A stretch of 64,000 nt of DNA from assembly GCA_009779935.1 (NCBI GenBank), contig WRAX01000001.1, forward strand, positions 37,758-101,757. Direction: 5' to 3'. The notes beneath the pieces were generated by a model. The model did no database searches and was not told the origin of the DNA. It worked only from the letters and a program-made list of their open reading frames with translations. The first letter of the stretch is position 1, and every line of letters begins with the position of its first letter. Of the stretch, positions 58,714-64,000 are shown piece by piece. The position numbers and the translations under genes were made by a program. The stretch comes from Defluviitaleaceae bacterium (lineage in GTDB: Bacteria > Bacillota > Clostridia > Lachnospirales > WRAX01).

Positions 58714-58914
58714 TTATTTCCGCTCAAAATAGTCATAAAAGCAATTTCTGTCGATATAGGCGGTATATTTAGAAAAAGGGACGGCAACATCCGCTCTTTT
58801 ACCACAAAAAATTCTTATTTCATTATCCTTTTCAGAAGCTACATAGTATTCCATTCCTTTTATGAAATGGATGCCATGGTCTTGCACATTCTCTGTACAT
58901 ATCACTTTATCCAT
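58714..58914 (-). CDS. 66-aa hypothetical protein
   Basis: ORF only. It lies between grpE and the HicA/DUF1902 pair. Confidence 0.35.
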   Translation of the reverse strand: MDKVICTENVQDHGIHFIKGMEYYVASEKDNEIRIFCGKRADVAVPFSKYTAYIDRNCFYDYFERK

Positions 58915-58941
58915 ATTTGCCTCCTATTTTAATTTGCATCA

Positions 58942-59445
58942 TTAATTGGCAACCACCACCACCGAATGTCGGATAACCGCACCTTTGTAGATATAGCCCG
59001 TTTGCAATTCTTCGGCAATTTCCTGCGTGCCAAGGTTTTCATCCTCAATGGTACTGACCGCATTATGAAATTTCGTATTAAAGGTTTCGCCAACGGCAAG
59101 GATTTTTGTGATGCCCATATTTTCAAACATGCTGTTTAGTTGGCTTTGTATCATCAACACACCTTTGACAAAGTTATCACCATGGTCGGCATTTTTGGTG
59201 GCAAGGGCAAAATTGTCCATTATGGGCAAAAGCTCTGTGGCAAAGGCCATTATGCCCCTATCATACATGCCTGCCTTTTCTTTTTCGCTTCGCTTGCGGT
59301 AATTTTCATAATCCGCCGCTGTCTGCTTTAATTTATTTACCAGTGCCGCCACAAAATCCTCTGTCTGCACCGCATCATCCTGCTCTTGCATTGCTTCTTC
59401 TTCTAAAACGGATTGTTGCTCGTTTTCAATATTTTCGTTGTCCAT
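58942..59445 (-). CDS. grpE: Nucleotide exchange factor GrpE
   Basis: The start at 59445 (MDNENIENEQQ...) follows GGAGGA. The GrpE core is YENYRKRSEKE...GYIYKGAVIRHSVVVVA. Confidence 0.92.
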   Translation of the reverse strand: MDNENIENEQQSVLEEEAMQEQDDAVQTEDFVAALVNKLKQTAADYENYRKRSEKEKAGMYDRGIMAFATELLPIMDNFALATKNADHGDNFVKGVLMIQSQLNSMFENMGITKILAVGETFNTKFHNAVSTIEDENLGTQEIAEELQTGYIYKGAVIRHSVVVVAN

Positions 59446-59459
59446 TGTACTGTCCTCCA

Positions 59460-60482
59460 TTATTTCAGCCCAAGGGTTGTTAGTGCCGTCTGCAAAACCG
59501 ATATTACCTGTGTATAATCCATCCTTGTGGGTCCGATAATTGCAATATTGCCGCAAAAATGCTGGTCTATGCTAATTTTAGCACGGATTATGGAGCAATC
59601 CCGCAAAACAGCATCATCGTTTTCCTCACCGATGGTGATTTGTATGCTGTCCCCACTTCCCGAAAGCAAAGCCAGCAAACCGTCCTTTTCTTCCAAAACA
59701 CCCATGATGGCACGGGCTTTTTCCAAATCGGCAAATTCGGGATATTCCAGCAGGTTTTTAATGCCTATGGCATGCACCTGCTCCGGTTCATCCATATCCA
59801 AAGCTTTGCAAACCGCCTGCAAAAGGGCATCTGCTGTTGCCGCATCCAAGCCGGCTTGGGCAAATTGGTGGCGCATCATAGAAATATATAGGGGGTTGCC
59901 CAAATCATCCACACTTGTCCCGCCAAGCCCACGTAATAGGGTGGCAGAAATTTTTGATACCATAGATGGGCTTGCAGGCACAGGCAAAACCACGGTGGCA
60001 TTTTTAACTTCGTTTTGCACTGTAACAATAACCATGGCAACCACTGCCCCATCCACGGGGATAAGTTGCACATGTTTGACAACATGCCGCTTTGCCATTT
60101 TTTGGGTGGCAATGGTGGTATAATTGGTTACATAGGCTATGGCCTTGGCCATTTCCTGCATCAGCCCTTCCATGCGCCCCATTTCTGCTTGTAAGGCTTG
60201 CACAATAAGGTTTTGCTGCTCCTGCGTTAGGCGGCCACGCTTCATCACTTGGTCCACATACAGGCGATAGCCTTTGTCAGAAGGGATGCGGCCGGAAGAT
60301 GCGTGGGGGGCAACCACATAACCCATCTCCTCCAAATCACTCATCTCATTACGAATGGTGGCGGAGCTTAGCCCGAAATCATATTTTTTGGCTATGGTGC
60401 GGGAGGCTATCGGCTCGGCAGAGGCTATATAATCCTTTATAATGGCTGCCAAAATTTTCACTTTTCTGTCATTTAAGCCCAT
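59460..60482 (-). CDS. hrcA: Heat-inducible transcription repressor HrcA
   Basis: The start at 60482 (MGLNDRKVKILAAIIKDYI...) is used because the ORF-track start lies inside CIRCE. 340 aa. Confidence 0.93.
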   Translation of the reverse strand: MGLNDRKVKILAAIIKDYIASAEPIASRTIAKKYDFGLSSATIRNEMSDLEEMGYVVAPHASSGRIPSDKGYRLYVDQVMKRGRLTQEQQNLIVQALQAEMGRMEGLMQEMAKAIAYVTNYTTIATQKMAKRHVVKHVQLIPVDGAVVAMVIVTVQNEVKNATVVLPVPASPSMVSKISATLLRGLGGTSVDDLGNPLYISMMRHQFAQAGLDAATADALLQAVCKALDMDEPEQVHAIGIKNLLEYPEFADLEKARAIMGVLEEKDGLLALLSGSGDSIQITIGEENDDAVLRDCSIIRAKISIDQHFCGNIAIIGPTRMDYTQVISVLQTALTTLGLK

Positions 60483-60510
60483 TAAATCACCCCTGACTAA
60501 TAAATCATTG

Positions 60511-60537
60511 TTAGCAGTCATGTATGACGAGTGCTAA
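60511..60537. promoter_or_regulatory. CIRCE operator (TTAGCACTC-N9-GACTGCTAA)
   Basis: The forward strand reads ttagcagtc-atgtatgac-gagtgctaa, with 1 mismatch to the consensus inverted repeat. It sits between the promoter and hrcA. Confidence 0.9.
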
Positions 60538-60545
60538 CAATGGAT

Positions 60546-60574
60546 ATGATACCATGAACCAAGACCTTTGTCAA
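60546..60574 (-). promoter_or_regulatory. Sigma-A promoter of the hrcA operon (TTGACA-17-TATCAT)
   Basis: -35 at 60574-60569 and -10 at 60551-60546. Confidence 0.7.
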
Positions 60575-60594
60575 GAAAAATTTTATAAAAAATT

Positions 60595-60626
60595 AAGGCG
60601 TTTTGACTTGGTGGTCAAAACGCCTT
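60595..60626 (-). terminator. Rho-independent terminator after murA
   Basis: aaggcgttttgac / gtcaaaacgcctt 13-bp stem. The T-run on the minus strand is the complement of 60586-60592. Confidence 0.85.
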
Positions 60627-60635
60627 AATTATAGC

Positions 60636-61925
60636 TTATGCTTCCATTACAATAGGTGCTTCCCCGTCGCCTATGCGGCGCACGCTTGCACCAAGTGCTT
60701 TTAGCTTATCAACAATATTCTCATACCCTCTATCAATAAAGTGCACATTGGAGATTTTTGTTGCACCTTCCGCCGCAAGGGCCGCAACCACAAGGCAGGC
60801 GCCCGCACGCAGGTCGGTTGCCTCCACATGGGCACCTGTTAGGCGGGCGGCACCTTCAATTGCTGCCATCCTGCCTTCAATTTTTACCTTTGCCCCAAGG
60901 CGTGCCAGCTGGTCTATGTATTGAAAGCGGTTTTCAAAAACCGTCTCCGTTACATAAGATGTGCCATTGCCTTGCGTAAGCAATGCAGTCATCTGCGGTT
61001 GCAAATCGGTGGGGAAGCCCGGGTAATACAAGGTTGTTACGGTTGTTGGCTTTAATTCCGTCTTACCCCGCACCTTTATCCAGTCATCCCCCGCAAAAAT
61101 TTCACAACCCATTTCCTGCAATTTAGCGGATAAAGCTTCCATGTGCTTGGGGATAACCTTGCGCACAACAACTTCGCCGCTGGTAATTGCCCCCGCTATC
61201 ATATATGTGCCCGCCTCGATTTGATCGGGAATAATGGTGTAGTCACGATCCTTCATGTCACTTGTTTTAACGCCTAATATGCGGATAACCCCTGTGCCGG
61301 CACCCTTAATATTTGCCCCACACATGTTAAGGAAGTTGGCACAATCTACAATATGCGGCTCTTTGGCGCAGTTTTCTATGGTGGTTTCGCCTTCGGCATA
61401 AACAGCGGCCATCATAATATTAATGGTTGCCCCAACACTGGCCACATCAAGGTAAATTTTTGTGCCAACAAGCCTTTGTGCCGATACAAAAATCGAACCA
61501 TGCTCCTGCACCACGGTTGCACCCAATGCTTCAAAGCCCTTAATATGCTGGTCAATAGGGCGGGAGCCAAAGTTGCAACCCCCGGGCATGGGGACAACAG
61601 CATGCTTGTATCGCCCAAGCAATGCGCCGATAAGGTAATAAGATGCCCGCATACCTTTCAAGTTATCAGGCATATGTACAGTAGAATTGGCCTTGCGTGC
61701 ATCCACCTGCAAGGTTGATGGGTTCAAAAGCCGGCATTTTGCCCCCATGCTTTCCAGCACGGCAATGTAATTGCGCACATCCTCAATTTGCGGCAGGTTT
61801 TCGATTGTGTGTACACCACCCGCACAAAGGGTTGCGGGGATTATGGCAACAGCGGCGTTTTTTGCCCCGCTAATGTCCACCCTGCCTTTCAAAGGTTTGT
61901 TTCCTGATATCACTAAATGCTCCAC
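60636..61925 (-). CDS. murA: UDP-N-acetylglucosamine 1-carboxyvinyltransferase
   Basis: ISGAKNAAVAIIPATL and a typical length of ~430 aa. The start is either GTG 61925 or GTG 61934. Confidence 0.95.
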   Translation of the reverse strand: MEHLVISGNKPLKGRVDISGAKNAAVAIIPATLCAGGVHTIENLPQIEDVRNYIAVLESMGAKCRLLNPSTLQVDARKANSTVHMPDNLKGMRASYYLIGALLGRYKHAVVPMPGGCNFGSRPIDQHIKGFEALGATVVQEHGSIFVSAQRLVGTKIYLDVASVGATINIMMAAVYAEGETTIENCAKEPHIVDCANFLNMCGANIKGAGTGVIRILGVKTSDMKDRDYTIIPDQIEAGTYMIAGAITSGEVVVRKVIPKHMEALSAKLQEMGCEIFAGDDWIKVRGKTELKPTTVTTLYYPGFPTDLQPQMTALLTQGNGTSYVTETVFENRFQYIDQLARLGAKVKIEGRMAAIEGAARLTGAHVEATDLRAGACLVVAALAAEGATKISNVHFIDRGYENIVDKLKALGASVRRIGDGEAPIVMEA

Positions 61926-62055
61926 GGCAAACACGTCCTAAACAATTATTGCCCCACGCAAAAAACATCATAAACAGCGTAGGATAAGTTATTATACCAC
62001 CCCACATCCATTAAATCAACACAAAATTTTCTCATTTAATAAAGTTAATAAAAAG

Positions 62056-62310
62056 TTAATAAATTTCATCCAGTATCTCGTTTAATGATGATGGCATAAC
62101 CAACCCTTCTGATAGGCGTGCAAGCAAACAGTTTACATAGCCTTCATTTTCTGAAATAAACCCGCTGTGCCCCTCCTCTGTCAGTTCATCCCCGACATAC
62201 TTTTCCACATAGATGCCGTAGCAGCATATTCCGTCGCTTTCCATGCGGCTTTGGGTGCGGAAATACTTTACGGCAACTTCAAAATTGGAAACGAAAAGCA
62301 ATTCTTTCAT
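62056..62310 (-). CDS. 84-aa hypothetical protein
   Basis: ORF with an AAGGAGG RBS. I recognise no family. Confidence 0.45.
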   Translation of the reverse strand: MKELLFVSNFEVAVKYFRTQSRMESDGICCYGIYVEKYVGDELTEEGHSGFISENEGYVNCLLARLSEGLVMPSSLNEILDEIY

Positions 62311-62322
62311 AGACTGCCTCCT

Positions 62323-62357
62323 TGTTAAATATTAGACCTGTCCCGAAACAGCTTCGG
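62323..62357. other. Perfect 15-bp hairpin in the 5' region of the 84-aa gene
   Basis: tagacctgtcccgaa (62323-62337) pairs with ttcgggacaggtcta (62343-62357). There is no flanking T-run. Confidence 0.5.
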
Positions 62358-62523
62358 GACAGGTCTATGGCAACGTATTTTTGCCGTATTTTGCATACAA
62401 TATTCCATAAGCGGTTTATCCCAATTAACTGTAAGTATTTTATCATAAAGTTGTAACAATGTCTATATAAAATTTACAACTTTTTCTATTAAAATTTTAT
62501 ATGGCCAAAATTGCACAAAAGGG

Positions 62524-62552
62524 TTGACTTGTGCGTGAAAAAATAGTATACT
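62524..62552 (+). promoter_or_regulatory. Sigma-A promoter of the rpmH-rnpA operon (TTGACT-17-TATACT)
   Basis: -35 at 62524-62529 and -10 at 62547-62552. Confidence 0.65.
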
Positions 62553-62578
62553 GGTGTGTCGAAGGAGGTGCATGTACG

Positions 62579-62713
62579 ATGAAAATGACTTTTCAACCAA
62601 AAAAGCGTCAGCGGTCCAAGGTACACGGCTTTCGCAAGCGGATGAGGACTAAAAACGGCCGCAATGTTATCGCCAGAAGGCGCAAGCGGGGCAGAAAGGT
62701 GCTAACCGCATAA
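62579..62713 (+). CDS. rpmH: 50S ribosomal protein L34
   Basis: [55 protein letters not shown]. The ORF-track N-terminal extension is spurious. Confidence 0.97.
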   Translation: MKMTFQPKKRQRSKVHGFRKRMRTKNGRNVIARRRKRGRKVLTA

Positions 62714-62714
62714 T

Positions 62715-63062
62715 TTGATGAAGTTTACCGTATCTTTGCAAAAAAACCACCAGTTTCAACATATATACAAAAAGGGCAAATCCTGCGGGAACAGGCACCT
62801 TGTTGTTTTTGTGGAAAAAAATGAACTGGAACAAAACCGGCTTGGCATATCTGTCAGCAAAAAGATGGGTGGTGCGGTGGTGCGCAACCTTTTGCGTCGG
62901 CGCATTAAAGAGGCGTATAGGGACATGGAAAAACGGCTTACATATGGGTATGACATAGCCATTTTGCCAAGACAAGGTACATCCTGCGCCACCTATCAAG
63001 AAATTGTATCCGCCCTGCGGCATTTGATGAAAAAACAGGGGTTATGGGGTGGAAGTGAATAA
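62715..63062 (+). CDS. rnpA: Ribonuclease P protein component
   Basis: 115 aa, basic, with the RLGISVSKK...[13 protein letters not shown] motif. Confidence 0.93.
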   Translation: MMKFTVSLQKNHQFQHIYKKGKSCGNRHLVVFVEKNELEQNRLGISVSKKMGGAVVRNLLRRRIKEAYRDMEKRLTYGYDIAILPRQGTSCATYQEIVSALRHLMKKQGLWGGSE

Positions 63063-63303
63063 GTTAATAACAAAATTTTTTTTGATACTGATAAGGGGCT
63101 ACCAGCGTTTTGTTTCGCCCCATTTTGCGCCAAGGTGTAGGTTTTACCCAACCTGCTCCGCTTATGCTTATGAAGCCGTTAAAACCCATGGGTTTTTAGC
63201 CGGCAGTTTTTTAGCAACATATCGGCTTTTGCGATGCCACCCTTGGAGCAAGGGCGGCGTGGATTTTGTGCCTGAAAAGGGCTTTCACAAACATTTGTGG
63301 TAG
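63049..63303 (+). CDS. yidD: Membrane protein insertion efficiency factor YidD
   Basis: [30 protein letters not shown] signature. Confidence 0.93.
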   Translation: MEVNKLITKFFLILIRGYQRFVSPHFAPRCRFYPTCSAYAYEAVKTHGFLAGSFLATYRLLRCHPWSKGGVDFVPEKGFHKHLW

Positions 63304-63312
63304 GAGGATTAA

Positions 63313-64000
63313 ATGGACTTTTTTGCGCAGGGCTTCCCTGTTTTAACCGGAATGATACAAGCACCACCGGGGGCGATTATCGGCCCAATTGCCACCTTTT
63401 TCGGATATATTGTTGACATTTTGTATCGTGGCGCATCAGCCATCACCCCCATCAACGCCCTTGGGATTTCTATTATTGTTTTAACATTAATAGTACGTGG
63501 CGCAATGGTGCCCCAGCAGTTTAAGATGCAGCGCAACAGCCGCAAAGTGCAGCTTGCAAAACCCGAAATGGACAAACTTAAAGAAAAATACGGCGGCAAC
63601 CCCAAGGATCCGGAGTTGCGCCGCAAAATGATGGCAGAGCAGCAAGCCATAAACCAAAAATATGGCATAAATATGTGGGCAAGCTGCATACCGCTAATTG
63701 TTACCATGCCCATCTTTATTGCTTTGTTTGCGGTATTTGGGCGGGCTTTCCTGTTCATACCAAGCATTACTGAGGTATATTCCAGCCTATCCCAGGCTTT
63801 GATTGATACACCCTTTCACACCAATGTGCTGGCAGGGATTGTGGAGCAGTACCGGCCTGCAAACATGTTAATAAGCACCAACAATGTGTATGACCTTAAC
63901 CGTGCCCTGCATGTTTTAACCCAGAATGACTGGAATGTGATTTTTGGAGTACTTGAGGGTCAATCCATATCAGATATTTACAGCAATTACGGCTACACCC
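63313..64000 (+). CDS. yidC: YidC/Oxa1-family membrane insertase (5' part, continues beyond the window)
   Basis: ATG 63313 follows TAGGAGG. The frame is open to the window end, so it is not in the ORF track. The call rests on the motif IIVLTLIVRGAMVPQQFKMQRNSRK...PELRRKMMAEQQAINQKYGIN and on its position after yidD. Confidence 0.85.
   Translation, partial: MDFFAQGFPVLTGMIQAPPGAIIGPIATFFGYIVDILYRGASAITPINALGISIIVLTLIVRGAMVPQQFKMQRNSRKVQLAKPEMDKLKEKYGGNPKDPELRRKMMAEQQAINQKYGINMWASCIPLIVTMPIFIALFAVFGRAFLFIPSITEVYSSLSQALIDTPFHTNVLAGIVEQYRPANMLISTNNVYDLNRALHVLTQNDWNVIFGVLEGQSISDIYSNYGYT

Noticed and set aside
62311-62530. Possible oriC near rpmH or near gyrB
   Set aside because: dnaA and dnaN are absent from the window. 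Only isolated, imperfect DnaA-box-like 9-mers were seen, with no cluster. AT-richness alone is not evidence.

Overview
This is a chromosomal window from a spore-forming Firmicute with Clostridia-like gene content. About 70 protein genes are mostly housekeeping: a MoxR-DUF58-transglutaminase operon, gltX, yebC, gyrB-gyrA, speB plus a saccharopine-dehydrogenase-family gene, alaS, comM/yifB, tig-clpP-clpX, glnS, csoR-copA, hrcA-grpE-dnaK-dnaJ with a CIRCE operator, murA and rpmH-rnpA-yidD-yidC. No CRISPR array, rRNA or T-box leader was seen.

The main finding is that the forespore sigma factor gene sigG is split at codon ~100 by a 2.55-kb element (26597-29158). The element is bounded by a 9-bp direct repeat (TCATTGGTA) and imperfect inverted ends. 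It encodes a large serine recombinase, two small or accessory proteins, and tRNA-Thr(GGU) plus tRNA-Trp(CCA). Its first gene sits directly behind the truncated sigG 5' end and a sigma-F-like promoter.

Other items worth a second look:
- A CopZ-like metallochaperone gene has an in-frame TGA exactly at the first Cys of the CxxC motif. This is either selenocysteine or a nonsense mutation. Its promoter carries a CsoR-operator-like sequence.
- An unlisted 54-aa Met/His-rich ORF has a strong RBS and is followed by a ~104-nt hairpin.
- An AT-richer three-gene cassette (a soluble 345-aa protein plus two small 2-TM proteins) lies between glnS and copA.
- A Panacea(DUF4065)-domain gene is paired with a small membrane protein.
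- Two HicA-type toxin-antitoxin modules are wedged inside gyrB-gyrA and grpE-dnaK.
- A SAMHD1-like HD gene and a YwgA-like gene sit inside the MoxR operon.
- A consensus-promoter-driven structured leader has a terminator/antiterminator arrangement.
- A promoter-driven tRNA-like RNA lies next to the CopZ-like gene.

All family assignments come from motif recognition by eye. No searches were run.
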